IMG/VR virus record: IMGVR_UViG_3300042356_001581
DNA: 64,000 nucleotides
Source of the DNA: an uncultured virus (IMG/VR IMGVR_UViG_3300042356_001581)
Taxonomy: Duplodnaviria; Heunggongvirae; Uroviricota; Caudoviricetes
Direction: 5' to 3' (one strand)
The notes beneath the pieces were generated by a model that was not told the DNA's origin, did no database searches, and saw only the letters and a list, made by a program, of their open reading frames with translations. Position numbers and translations under genes: made by a program. Below, one piece after another: positions 49,802 through 59,625 of the stretch. Position 1 is the stretch's first letter. Every line of letters starts with the position of its first letter.

Positions 49802-50287
49802 TTAATCAGATATTTTAGTTAAAAAGCAAATTCCAAGAAACTTATATTTTGTTACAATAATATTCTTTTTTTCAATTAAATCTATCTTTAACTTTTCGTT
49901 GTCCTGCATACACTTTTCCAAAGTTACCGAAACTTGCTCGTACATACCTTCTGAATCAGCGTATTTTTTACTAATTTCTTTGATGGTTTGCTTTAGAAGT
50001 TTATCTTCTTTATTACGTGCATACATAATACTTTCGTGGTTCATTATAATTTCATCTTTACGCTGAATTTCTTGAGTAATTTGGTTAATTACTTGCACCA
50101 ATTTTTCTTTAGGCGGAGTTGTATTTATAATTTTAATTTTTGTTTTAAGCAATTCTATTTCTTGATTTAAACTCTTAATTTCAATAAGCAGTCTTCTTTT
50201 TACATCTGCTGGTTTATCGCTAAACTGACGTGGTTTTAAGTGTTTTTTTTCAAGATTATTATTTTCAGTTTCTTGTGTTTGTATCAT
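49802..50287 (-). CDS. Coiled-coil hypothetical protein
   Basis: ORF; start 50287 (TAATG overlap). Confidence 0.55.
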   Translation of the reverse strand: MIQTQETENNNLEKKHLKPRQFSDKPADVKRRLLIEIKSLNQEIELLKTKIKIINTTPPKEKLVQVINQITQEIQRKDEIIMNHESIMYARNKEDKLLKQTIKEISKKYADSEGMYEQVSVTLEKCMQDNEKLKIDLIEKKNIIVTKYKFLGICFLTKISD

Positions 50288-50967
50288 TATTTCCAAATTT
50301 TAAATTTACTTAAATCAGGATAAGGTAGTTCCAAATCCTCATTATGCTTTTTAGTTCCGTCTGAATTATAAAATTGATTTATAAGTAAAAGACCTCTTGC
50401 CGATAGTTCAGGCATCATATAATAGTTCCAACCAATAACAGGGTTATTGTCAAAATCATCTTCGTGGTAGCTACATTCACTTCTTCCACTAAAACGAGCT
50501 TTTTTTAGCCAATTGTAGGCATCTAAATCGTCTAATAGTATTGCACCGCCTTTTGACAGTTTAAAGTGCTTGTAAGCTCCTGTGAAAGAAACACACATCA
50601 TTGAATCAGGAATGTACATATCAGCCGTAAAGCGTAACGCTGAATCCCACACGTTGCTTGGCTTAAGTTGATAAGCACCTTTTAAAGTTTCCCCCTCTAA
50701 TTCGGTGAAATTTATCTTTGCACCAGCGTGAATTACTTCACAAGGAACAGACGGATATGTTCTTTGTGGAACGTCAATAGTTGGTGGTTTGAAATTTCCA
50801 TTCCACCAATTAGTATTTACTTCTTTGTTTTTTACATTAATCCAATAATACAAAGCCAAAAATAAACCATTGCTTTGATTATCTACGCAGATAACATACG
50901 GTGCGCCCGTATATCTTGCTAACTCTTTCTCGAAATCAGCAGTAACTTGATGAATTCCTTGTGCCAT
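50287..50967 (-). CDS. DegT/DnrJ/EryC1-like PLP sugar aminotransferase (short)
   Basis: FEKELARYTGAPY, DSA, SFTGAYKH (PLP Lys), GGAIL, GWNYYM. Confidence 0.75.
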   Translation of the reverse strand: MAQGIHQVTADFEKELARYTGAPYVICVDNQSNGLFLALYYWINVKNKEVNTNWWNGNFKPPTIDVPQRTYPSVPCEVIHAGAKINFTELEGETLKGAYQLKPSNVWDSALRFTADMYIPDSMMCVSFTGAYKHFKLSKGGAILLDDLDAYNWLKKARFSGRSECSYHEDDFDNNPVIGWNYYMMPELSARGLLLINQFYNSDGTKKHNEDLELPYPDLSKFKIWK

Positions 50968-50985
50968 ATTTTTTTTTATTTTTTT

Positions 50986-51357
50986 TTAGAACTCTATAGG
51001 TACTGATTCTATATGCGCATATTGACCTTTATATTTATCTTTGAGATAAAAATTTAAAGCAACCATCATTTCGTTAGTCAAATAATACTCATCACGAATT
51101 TTAACAGTTAGAACAACCCCCTCTCTCCATTCGCTCCAAGCAGAGCCTCTTACATCACCACCTAACACAAATTCATATTTTTTATCTTCAAATTCGATAG
51201 TATAATATTTGTCAGTTGGCAAATTAGCGTAAAATTCATCAGTAGTTGGCTGACTTAATTTTTTCAAGTATTCAATTTTTTCTTCAAAAATAGCAACTTG
51301 CTCTCTGTTTTTTAATAACAGCTTTTCGTAGCCATTGATTTTTTCTTGTAAATCCAT
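50986..51357 (-). CDS. Hypothetical protein
   Basis: 123-aa ORF. Confidence 0.5.
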   Translation of the reverse strand: MDLQEKINGYEKLLLKNREQVAIFEEKIEYLKKLSQPTTDEFYANLPTDKYYTIEFEDKKYEFVLGGDVRGSAWSEWREGVVLTVKIRDEYYLTNEMMVALNFYLKDKYKGQYAHIESVPIEF

Positions 51358-51360
51358 ATC

Positions 51361-52077
51361 TTATGCTCTTAAAATTTTTTGCCCATTAATTTTAACCAAA
51401 CAACCTAAAACTCTTTCAAGTTGATGTGCTATTGAGCCATCGCCAATATAACCATCCGCAAATTCTTTGTAAAATCTATCGTAAATACTTTCGAGAACAA
51501 ACCAATCCATAATTAAGTTGAAATTAGCCATAAACATTGTTCCTGCTACAAATTCATAGTCAGAGAATGTTATTGGCGCTTTAAAGAATTGTTGTTCATA
51601 GCCAACCACTTTTTGCGTTTGAATCCAAGAAGAACTTCCAACCATAGATTTATCAGAACCTACACAAGAAAAATACCCGCTATGTAATTTTGAAAGTGAC
51701 CCCAACAAGGCATCTGTTAGCTGGTTTCTCCAACGCTCTCCAAGTTCAAAGCTGTGAGCCAAGCTTTTCTTGCTATGAAGCTTAATCATTACATCATAAG
51801 TTTTTTTGCTCAAAAATATTTCATTCATCACATACAAAAAAGGTGCTACATCCATTCCTCTATTAGGTAAAGAATAAATATATGCTTGTGGAAAATGCAA
51901 AATAACTGCATCGTGAATATCTGTAAATTGACCTGAATGACCGTCCGTGATTGTAACGTATAAATCAATATTGTCGTCGATTAATTTTAAGTAAGGCAAA
52001 AAATAGCCCCATAAATCAATATAATACAAATGTAGAATAACACATACCTTTTTGTGGTTCGCTAAGTCTTTTTCCAT
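51361..52077 (-). CDS. Rhamnan synthesis protein F (RgpF)-like glycosyltransferase
   Basis: VILHLYYIDLW, NRGMDVAPF, KLHSKKS, FVAGTMF, AHQLER. Confidence 0.8.
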   Translation of the reverse strand: MEKDLANHKKVCVILHLYYIDLWGYFLPYLKLIDDNIDLYVTITDGHSGQFTDIHDAVILHFPQAYIYSLPNRGMDVAPFLYVMNEIFLSKKTYDVMIKLHSKKSLAHSFELGERWRNQLTDALLGSLSKLHSGYFSCVGSDKSMVGSSSWIQTQKVVGYEQQFFKAPITFSDYEFVAGTMFMANFNLIMDWFVLESIYDRFYKEFADGYIGDGSIAHQLERVLGCLVKINGQKILRA

Positions 52078-52089
52078 AGTGTTTTTTTG

Positions 52090-52803
52090 TTATACTTCTT
52101 CTTTACAGAATTGTGAAATTTGTTTCTTAAAATTTCTGATTCCCACATAATTAATCAAATTTACATACATTTTTACGTCTTTAAAAATTCCTTTTGAAAA
52201 ACTATATTTTTTGTATTTATAGTTATTTAAGGCGGAGCTTTTTGACCAAAAGCACTTTTCTTGCAAGTCATTTTTTATGAAGTATTGGTTTGTTGCAACT
52301 TCTAATTCATAGTTTTTGACTCCTGATTGTAAAATATTTATTAAATGTTTCTTTTTAATTATTCTCTCACCTGACAAAAGCGTGTCTGCTCGAATCAATT
52401 TCACTAACATTGATGAATTAACACGTCTTAAAATAATAAGTTCTAAATCAAGTACTTTAAATTTCTTTATTGCCTTACTAATTTCTTTTTTATCTAAACC
52501 TTTTAAGTCCGCATCAATTAAAAGAATATTTTCATTAGAAGTAAGTCTTAATCCGTGACTAATTGCAAATGATTTTCCAAAATTATTATCAAGCCTAATT
52601 AATCTTACAGGTTGCTTAAATGGAAATACTTTTTTTAATAAATTAAATGTAGTTTTATATTTAGAACCATCATCTACAACAACGATGTCGTTAACTTCTG
52701 GAATTTGCATAACAGTATAAATAATCTTCAAAAGATTATGAGCGTCCTCGTTGTAAAAAGGGATTACACAAGTTACATTTTTTATGTTTAGAACGCTTTG
52801 CAT
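52090..52803 (-). CDS. GT2-family glycosyltransferase
   Basis: VIPFYNE, VVDDGS, NFGKS, IDADL. Confidence 0.85.
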   Translation of the reverse strand: MQSVLNIKNVTCVIPFYNEDAHNLLKIIYTVMQIPEVNDIVVVDDGSKYKTTFNLLKKVFPFKQPVRLIRLDNNFGKSFAISHGLRLTSNENILLIDADLKGLDKKEISKAIKKFKVLDLELIILRRVNSSMLVKLIRADTLLSGERIIKKKHLINILQSGVKNYELEVATNQYFIKNDLQEKCFWSKSSALNNYKYKKYSFSKGIFKDVKMYVNLINYVGIRNFKKQISQFCKEEV

Positions 52804-53429
52804 TATTGATTAAATGGAGTTGTGAAAGTTTCTTCGTGAGGAAGACCTCCCCATTTATTTATGTAGTTTTGACGATACTCCAAAAACCTCGTATTCAAAC
52901 TAGGGTCTTTTGCAATTGTCATACTGTTTCTGTATATAACAGGGTTTAACATAGCGGTATAAATCATATCCATATTTAACAATTTCATACGATAAAACAT
53001 ATCGTTGTCATTGAAGTAATTTGGGAATAGATTTTCGTCAAAATTACCCACTTGGTTATATCCATCTAATGACATTATGAAACTACACCAATTCATTTCT
53101 GAATTAAAAAAAGGCGCAGTACCCCAAAGTCTTAAAATTGTCTGTATTTCTAATTCTGATTTCCCTAAATAAACATCATCGTTCAACATAAGGACGTGAG
53201 TTGCATTTACTTTTTTAGCATAATCCATAATTAGATTCCAACTTCCAGAAACGTTAAGATTACTTTCTGGTCGATAAATGACAAAGTTTTTTTCTCTTGT
53301 AATTAATTCTTGATTTCCGTTGTCAACTATAAATATTTCAGTTTCTTTAAAGTCTTCAAAATATTTAGCTAATGCTTCATTTAAAAGGTCTGCTCTGTTA
53401 ATTGTAGGGATTCCGATAATAAGTTTCAT
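52803..53429 (-). CDS. GT2-family glycosyltransferase
   Basis: IGIPTINR, IVDNG, MLNDD, GNFDENLFPNYFND; start 53429. Confidence 0.8.
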   Translation of the reverse strand: MKLIIGIPTINRADLLNEALAKYFEDFKETEIFIVDNGNQELITREKNFVIYRPESNLNVSGSWNLIMDYAKKVNATHVLMLNDDVYLGKSELEIQTILRLWGTAPFFNSEMNWCSFIMSLDGYNQVGNFDENLFPNYFNDNDMFYRMKLLNMDMIYTAMLNPVIYRNSMTIAKDPSLNTRFLEYRQNYINKWGGLPHEETFTTPFNQ

Positions 53430-53495
53430 TGGTGTAATTTTTGTTGTTACTGTATTTGTTAATTGGCTGTTTTTCAAAAATTTTATTTTAAAAAA

Positions 53496-53503
53496 CAAAT
53501 GTA
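53496..53503 (-). promoter_or_regulatory. Bacteroidota -7 promoter element for the glycosylation cluster
   Basis: TACATTTG on minus strand upstream of ATG 53429. Confidence 0.5.
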
Positions 53504-53526
53504 ATAATTTAATTTTTCATAGCTCA

Positions 53527-53832
53527 CTAAACCATTTCTAAAACTTCAGAAACAACTTCGACCATACTTTCGTGTGATGCTAATTTTCTAAATCTCCATT
53601 CCGCAAAGGCAGGTTCTTGAACTCTACCTAACAAGGGAATAAAAACAAATGGATTTGTAATTTCTTCAAGCAATATACCTAACGCTATACCACTGTTATC
53701 TTGAAAACCTCTTATGGTATATTCTTCGTCTTGAACAACCCAATTAGGAACAGTTCTTTTCAATTCTTCTATTGCTTCTGGTCGCATAGATGAATCAATA
53801 CAAGCAACTCTATCTCCAATATAAAAAGCCAT
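53527..53832 (-). CDS. Hypothetical protein
   Basis: FYIGDRVACID...YTIRG...EPAF..WRFRKL. Confidence 0.55.
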   Translation of the reverse strand: MAFYIGDRVACIDSSMRPEAIEELKRTVPNWVVQDEEYTIRGFQDNSGIALGILLEEITNPFVFIPLLGRVQEPAFAEWRFRKLASHESMVEVVSEVLEMV

Positions 53833-53836
53833 AATA

Positions 53837-54079
53837 TTATTTTTTAATTTTTTTATCAATTAACCATTTAGGCGCATTTAGAAAATATGAAGGCAACTCT
53901 TTTGCGCTGTCTTTTGGCTCTACTTTTTCAACTGTACATAGGCTTTTAGGAAACCATTGTAAATCATAAGCGGAAATATTTTTTCCGTTTTCGTCAAATC
54001 TTAAATGAACTAATACCCCAATTGAATTTTCACTTTCTCTCGGAGAAGAAACTTGAACTCTAATTAAATCTTTTGACAT
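53837..54079 (-). CDS. Hypothetical protein
   Basis: WFPKS...PKWL small beta-domain. Confidence 0.5.
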   Translation of the reverse strand: MSKDLIRVQVSSPRESENSIGVLVHLRFDENGKNISAYDLQWFPKSLCTVEKVEPKDSAKELPSYFLNAPKWLIDKKIKK

Positions 54080-54307
54080 AGTATTTTATTTACCATTTTG
54101 TTTCGTTTGGACAATTCTTTGAGCTTTCCTTTAGCCATTTTATTAATTTAATTATTAATTTTTCGATTACATCTCTCATAATTTTTTATTTACCATTTAT
54201 TAAAAAATCTTAACAGTCACTAATTTGTATTCAAGATAAAGACCAAAAAATGCCAATTTACCAATGTTTTTTAAAAATTATTATTCTCCTGACATACTTA
54301 ATATTTT

Positions 54308-54616
54308 TTATCCTATTATTTCCCCTGTCGATAAATCAACAATTAATTGTTGTGGAGATTTTTTAGCAATTACTTGAATTTTATCTATGATTGCGCTTGT
54401 GAAGTATTTGTCTTGCCATTTTTTAGACTTGATGTAATAATCAATTTTTACAGTATCTCCTTTTTCAATATTAATTTGCTGAATAAGAATCTTGATTTCT
54501 AAATATGCCGTAAAAGCGACAGGGAAATAAGAATCATTCTTTTTTACCCGAATTACCACTTGCATAACCGTATCGGTTACAAGAACTAAATCTAATATAC
54601 TACCTTTACAAACCAT
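54308..54616 (-). CDS. OB-fold SSB-like protein (DUF3127-like)
   Basis: KGDTVKIDYYIKSKKWQDKYFTS; next to replication genes. Confidence 0.5.
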   Translation of the reverse strand: MVCKGSILDLVLVTDTVMQVVIRVKKNDSYFPVAFTAYLEIKILIQQINIEKGDTVKIDYYIKSKKWQDKYFTSAIIDKIQVIAKKSPQQLIVDLSTGEIIG

Positions 54617-54652
54617 AATAATAATTATTGTTTGTAAAAATAAATATTATTT

Positions 54653-55510
54653 CTAATATAAAAGCATTTCATAGGTTAAATTTTTCAATGTTAAATCCAA
54701 GTTCATTTTTTCTACCCACAATTGAGCCACATACCTCCTTGCATAACGCCTCACCATTTCATCTTTTTTTGTTTTAGTGAAAGAAACATCGTTTATTAAT
54801 TTCTTTAAGTTGCCACGCTTTGAATCACTCACGTAAGACCCGAACTCTTGCTCCCCACTCTCCATAGCTTTGTCAATCAATTTTTGGTCTATATTGCCCT
54901 TTGTTATAGGCATTAATTTATTGAACTTTATAAAATTATAAACTACTTCTCCTGTGTCCTCAAAAAAATCTCCATCATTGACGGTTTTTTTTGCGTTAAT
55001 AAGTAGCTCCTTAAAATTACCCATACGCTCTTTTTTTGACATAGGAGGTTTATTATCTTGTTCTAATTTTAAAACCTTTTCTCTAACTCCAAAACAAACC
55101 GTGCTTTTGTATTTTTCATAAGCTTTTAAAACCTTAGAAACGTAAATCATAGTGAGTTTTCCATAATGCTCGGCATCTGTTTCAAGCAATTCAGAATCAA
55201 TAGAAACAAGTCTAACACAAACTTTTAAATCAAAAATATTTATGTTTGGAAAACTCTCTCTAATAAAAGTATTAAGAAGAACTAAATCTTGGGAAATAAC
55301 AGTAATTCCCAAAGCATAACCCCATTGAGCAATAGTCTTTGTTATTTCAGTAATTTCTGCTTTGTCAGAATTGCTGATTTCTTTAAGTTTCTTATCAGTC
55401 TGTTTTTTATTGTAAATAAGAATATCATTTGGATTTGTATTTGGCAAAGCTCCAACGACAATGTTATTATTGACTATTAAAGAATTCTGTTGCGAGATTA
55501 ACTTGGTCAT
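54653..55510 (-). CDS. Hypothetical replication-associated protein
   Basis: Overlaps the initiator gene; position typical of a helicase loader. Confidence 0.45.
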   Translation of the reverse strand: MTKLISQQNSLIVNNNIVVGALPNTNPNDILIYNKKQTDKKLKEISNSDKAEITEITKTIAQWGYALGITVISQDLVLLNTFIRESFPNINIFDLKVCVRLVSIDSELLETDAEHYGKLTMIYVSKVLKAYEKYKSTVCFGVREKVLKLEQDNKPPMSKKERMGNFKELLINAKKTVNDGDFFEDTGEVVYNFIKFNKLMPITKGNIDQKLIDKAMESGEQEFGSYVSDSKRGNLKKLINDVSFTKTKKDEMVRRYARRYVAQLWVEKMNLDLTLKNLTYEMLLY

Positions 55511-56180
55511 AAGTATTTTTTAAATTAGAGTTCGGTGTATTAGAAACTACATTTTCGTTTAGATAAGATTCAAACTTGTTTGAAAATAAGGTTTCAGGTC
55601 TTAAAAATTGTTCCATTTTACTACCTAACCAATTAATGCTTTTTACTTCAATAACTCTCTTAAAATCATCAACTGTAAAACCATCATTAAGTCTTGAGGT
55701 AATAAATTTTCGATTAATTACAGAGTTGTTTTTATAGTTCTTACCTGTTAATTGATTAAGGCAGTCAATTATTTCTTCATAAATCTCATTTGGATATGAA
55801 ATTTCATCTGCTTTTTTTCTTGGTGATTTTGACTTTTCTAATATTGGCTCTGCGATTATAATTACGTCTTTTTTACTGATATTTTCTATTTTATTAGACT
55901 GACTATGCTCTTCTATAAAATCTTGGATTAAACCATCTTTTTTGCTTAAAACCAAACCAATATTGTTTTTTTTTAAAGAATAAAAAGTAACGTATTTTGG
56001 AAAAACCGAAACGCCATAGTTTATAATTCTATAATACGTTGTTTTTGGTACGTCAAATGGCGTTTTTAATTTAATAATCACGTTTTCTTCTTTATGGAAT
56101 TGCACGATTATGGGAAGCCAAATATTGTAATATTGACCGCCCATTTTTCTTAAATCATTAATGAAGTTAATTATTTCCAT
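55467..56180 (-). CDS. Phage replication initiator (Phg_2220_C-like C-terminal domain)
   Basis: IIDCLNQLTGKNY...RLNDGFTVDDFKRVI...FLRPETLFSNKFESYLN. Confidence 0.8.
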   Translation of the reverse strand: MEIINFINDLRKMGGQYYNIWLPIIVQFHKEENVIIKLKTPFDVPKTTYYRIINYGVSVFPKYVTFYSLKKNNIGLVLSKKDGLIQDFIEEHSQSNKIENISKKDVIIIAEPILEKSKSPRKKADEISYPNEIYEEIIDCLNQLTGKNYKNNSVINRKFITSRLNDGFTVDDFKRVIEVKSINWLGSKMEQFLRPETLFSNKFESYLNENVVSNTPNSNLKNTYDQVNLATEFFNSQ

Positions 56181-56407
56181 CAGTCAACTATATCATCAAT
56201 AGGTACATTAAGAGCATTGCAAATAAGAATAGCTGTATTAATAGTATAGTTTTTTCTTTTACCATTTACAATCTCATTTAAAATATACATCGAAACAGAT
56301 TTTCCGTTATTTGATTCTGAAATTAAGCTGTGTAAATCTTTTTGCGACATACTCCTGTCAAGAAGTATCTTGTATAATTTAGTTATTTCTACCTGTATTT
56401 TTTGCAT
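56180..56407 (-). CDS. XRE/Cro-type HTH regulator
   Basis: MSQKDL...LNEIVNGK...ICNALNVPIDDI. Confidence 0.75.
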   Translation of the reverse strand: MQKIQVEITKLYKILLDRSMSQKDLHSLISESNNGKSVSMYILNEIVNGKRKNYTINTAILICNALNVPIDDIVD

Positions 56408-56413
56408 TTTTTT

Positions 56414-56623
56414 TTAAATATTTAAAATTTTTATAGCTCCATCAAAATTATTACTTAAAAAAGTTTCGTTGTAAATGTCAATAAAAGTTTGATTTCCTTT
56501 TTCTGAAAGAAAATTCAATATCTTGTATTGAATTTCATTTTTTGTAGCTTTTTTGGTTTTAGAAGATAACACCTCACTAAAGTAATCAACGGACTGTAAA
56601 GTTACACTTTTAATTTGCTCCAT
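56414..56623 (-). CDS. Hypothetical protein
   Basis: 69-aa ORF. Confidence 0.45.
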   Translation of the reverse strand: MEQIKSVTLQSVDYFSEVLSSKTKKATKNEIQYKILNFLSEKGNQTFIDIYNETFLSNNFDGAIKILNI

Positions 56624-57233
56624 CAGAAGTTACTAATCTATAATTATTGACTTTTGTTTTTTCCCCCAATTCGTTGTGAAGTTCAACAGTTTCATTTTTG
56701 ATATTCATACCTTGCTTTCGTAACTCACAGATAAGATTATCTAATCGTTTAAGACCAAAATTTTCCGAACAAGTTCTTTTATCAATAGAGCCGTATTTTA
56801 ATAAATATTGTATCACTTGTTGCTCCTTATTTAAAGGCAAAGAGTTTACCAATACCTTTTTATTCCAGTTAGTTAATACGGTTTTATTTTTTGGCTTTGA
56901 AATATTAGATTTAGACTTAACAAAAGTCACCGTTGAAGTTTCCTTTTCAATATGAGTAATATATTCAGCGTCTAAATTAGGTGTTTTACAAACGCCAAAG
57001 TTTACAGGGGTAGAAATGTCGCAAAAATTCTTTACTTCGTCTGGAAAAGCACAAGATTTATATTTATCAAGTTTATCCACTTCGGAATTATAAGCCCCTA
57101 TTTTACCTGAAACACTTTCAGCTTTATAAGCCACTTTTAATTTAGGCTCATCTATTGAACCTCCCCTACCAAATACTTCTTGTTTTTTTGATTTACCAAA
57201 AATGGCGTTCCAAATGTATTTTAAAATTCCCAT
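56610..57233 (-). CDS. Protein with C-terminal winged HTH
   Basis: QVIQYLLKYGSI...FGLKRL..LICELRKQGMNI...YRL. Confidence 0.65.
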   Translation of the reverse strand: MGILKYIWNAIFGKSKKQEVFGRGGSIDEPKLKVAYKAESVSGKIGAYNSEVDKLDKYKSCAFPDEVKNFCDISTPVNFGVCKTPNLDAEYITHIEKETSTVTFVKSKSNISKPKNKTVLTNWNKKVLVNSLPLNKEQQVIQYLLKYGSIDKRTCSENFGLKRLDNLICELRKQGMNIKNETVELHNELGEKTKVNNYRLVTSDGAN

Positions 57234-57261
57234 AATTTGTTTTTTTTTGATGATTAATTAT

Positions 57262-57783
57262 TTATTTTGAACAATCTACTTCTATTATTTTTTGATTTGA
57301 AAAAGCCCTTACAAAATAATCTCTTTCGTCTTGTTTTAGAGTAATAGTAAGACTTTCGTATGAACGACCATTAGTAAATCTAATCGTATTCACTTTTTTT
57401 GTTGAAAGGTCGGTTAATTGGCTATCGCTAAAGTCAAAATAAGCATTTCCCTCGCAGTTAAATTTATTCCAAGCAGTTAAAGTAATTTTAGTATCGTCAT
57501 CAAATAAAATTATCAAGCTATCATTTTCATCGCAACTACCAATATTCACGTTTTTACACATAAAACCATTGTTTTTCATACCTCCATTTTCGGCTTTAAA
57601 ATTAGGAAGCACAGTAAATCCTTTTGTTTTTTCAGGATTGGCGCAAATAAGTTTTCTTTGAGAAAAGTAAAACTCTTTGTCTGTCATTTTATCCTTGCAA
57701 TGCTCTATTACAAAAGGAGTTGTTGTTTGAGAAAATGCGCTTATAGAAATAAGCAATAGTAAATTCAATAATAATTTTTTCAT
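57262..57783 (-). CDS. Secreted hypothetical protein
   Basis: Signal peptide MKKLLL...SAFS-Q. Confidence 0.65.
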   Translation of the reverse strand: MKKLLLNLLLLISISAFSQTTTPFVIEHCKDKMTDKEFYFSQRKLICANPEKTKGFTVLPNFKAENGGMKNNGFMCKNVNIGSCDENDSLIILFDDDTKITLTAWNKFNCEGNAYFDFSDSQLTDLSTKKVNTIRFTNGRSYESLTITLKQDERDYFVRAFSNQKIIEVDCSK

Positions 57784-57798
57784 TGTTTTTTTTTAAAT

Positions 57799-58023
57799 TT
57801 AATTGTTTTTTAGTTTTTTGGATTTTTCAATTTCAGTAGAAGCGAAGTGTGTCAATCCAAAACCAACTCCGCTTATAAGGCTAACTTCAATAAAATTTTT
57901 TAATTCAGGGTATTGTAAATAACCATTGATGTAATAGTCAAATAAGACTATTAAAATGATTAAACTTGCAGAAATAAGCACTCCAACAAAGTAATGATAA
58001 AGTGCTTTTTTAAATACGTCCAT
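57799..58023 (-). CDS. Two-TM membrane protein
   Basis: Hydrophobic segments; TAAGTTTG element at 58043-58050. Confidence 0.55.
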   Translation of the reverse strand: MDVFKKALYHYFVGVLISASLIILIVLFDYYINGYLQYPELKNFIEVSLISGVGFGLTHFASTEIEKSKKLKNN

Positions 58024-58108
58024 AGTGTTTTTTTTTGTTTGTCAAACTTACAACATATTACTTATAATATCAAATATTTTATATATTATTTTTTATTATA
58101 AATATTTT

Positions 58109-59182
58109 CTAAAAAGTTTCCTTAAACTCATCAGCTTCTTTAATGTCTATCATAGCCTTATTTATCAAATCTCTCAAATTTTGAGGTACAATAAAGTACA
58201 ATACCGCTTCCAAAGCAGTCTTGGCAATAGCATATCTTTTTTTAAGAGTTTCGTACTCTGAACGATTGACCATTATAATATCTTCGTTTTTAGTTTGAGG
58301 TCTTGTAAGTATGGTAACAGGAATTGGCGGAGCAGGTGGTTGAATCGGTTCTGAAATTGAAGCAGGTGTAGGCGTTTGTTTTGCTTGTTGCTTGAGTTGT
58401 TTTATTTCTTGTGCTTTCTTCTCGTTCTGCTTTTTAAGGGCTTCATTTTCTTTTGCTAATTTCTCTTGCGCTTTTAAGTATTCTGTTTTCCTAAAAATTA
58501 AATCGTTCATTAAAGAATCAAATTTAGACTGTTCGGTTTCTGTAGTTAGAATTAAATCGGTTTCAGAATTGTAAAACTGCTTGTATTCAACAATCTGTAA
58601 TCTTCTCTCTTGAAACAACTTTTGCTTTCTATCATTTTCTAAACGCTCTTCCTCAACTCTCAATGCTTCGGCTTTTTTGCTTTCTAAAGAGAATTTTGCG
58701 CCATTCAATATAGTCGTAAACGCTTCTTCTGTAATCAAGTCTAATTGAATTGAATTTGGGTCAATAACTTCTTTGTACGGTTCTAACAATTTAGTTCTAT
58801 CAGCTTTTAACTGAATACGCTTATTTTGCTCTATAATTTCAACAAACTTTTCTTGAAGTTCCAAATGCTTTTCTGCGGGTTCAATAAGACCTGTTAGATA
58901 CTTTGCAACACTATCAATTAATCTGCCCTCGCTTAAAGATTGCTCTTTTAGAGATTTTCTTTTTTTCTCTATCTCAATTCTTTTAGCTTTAAGCAATAAT
59001 CTACCCTCTCTTGCCTCCGACATTAACTCTTTTTGAGTTTCGTCTGTTACGACTATCGCATTAGCTTTTTTAGACCACTCTTCAACTGCTTGTGTGAAGT
59101 CTTGAAACTCTTGTCTAATGTAGTCCCCTTTTGTTTTTTCGATTAATCCTGCGTTTATTAACGCATCTATTTCTTGGCTCAT
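58109..59182 (-). CDS. Coiled-coil phage protein (DUF1351-like)
   Basis: AREGRLLLKAKRIEIEKKRKSLKEQSL.EGRLID..AK.L...IEPAEKHL. Confidence 0.55.
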   Translation of the reverse strand: MSQEIDALINAGLIEKTKGDYIRQEFQDFTQAVEEWSKKANAIVVTDETQKELMSEAREGRLLLKAKRIEIEKKRKSLKEQSLSEGRLIDSVAKYLTGLIEPAEKHLELQEKFVEIIEQNKRIQLKADRTKLLEPYKEVIDPNSIQLDLITEEAFTTILNGAKFSLESKKAEALRVEEERLENDRKQKLFQERRLQIVEYKQFYNSETDLILTTETEQSKFDSLMNDLIFRKTEYLKAQEKLAKENEALKKQNEKKAQEIKQLKQQAKQTPTPASISEPIQPPAPPIPVTILTRPQTKNEDIIMVNRSEYETLKKRYAIAKTALEAVLYFIVPQNLRDLINKAMIDIKEADEFKETF

Positions 59183-59191
59183 TTTTTTTAT

Positions 59192-59620
59192 TTATTTTGA
59201 TGTTTTAAAATTGTTTTTTAAATAATCTGCAATATCACTTAAATATGATTTTATAAACAAATCAGTTACCTTATTATCCAAATCATTTATCATCATTTCT
59301 AGTTTTTTCAATTTTTGCTTTGTGGTTACTCTTGGGGGTAATTTTTTTGGCTGATTATTAGTTAAATCCCATTCAATAGAATTTACACCAGTTATACTAC
59401 ATTTACGAACACTTACTTCGTAAATTACACCAAGCTCTCTCAATTCAGTAAGCCTTGTAGGTTCGATTTTAACAACAGGAATTCTTGCAAATATCTCTCT
59501 TGCTGTTGACGGTTTATTTAGATTATATAAAGTTTCGTAAACTTTAAACCTGCTTTTAGATAAAGAACCGCTATTTTTTATTTGATTAAAACAATCAATC
59601 GAAGTTTTTCTTGTACTCAT
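59192..59620 (-). CDS. Winged-HTH protein
   Basis: TSIDCF...TAREI...RLTELRELGVI...RKCSITG. Confidence 0.6.
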   Translation of the reverse strand: MSTRKTSIDCFNQIKNSGSLSKSRFKVYETLYNLNKPSTAREIFARIPVVKIEPTRLTELRELGVIYEVSVRKCSITGVNSIEWDLTNNQPKKLPPRVTTKQKLKKLEMMINDLDNKVTDLFIKSYLSDIADYLKNNFKTSK

Positions 59621-59625
59621 AACTT

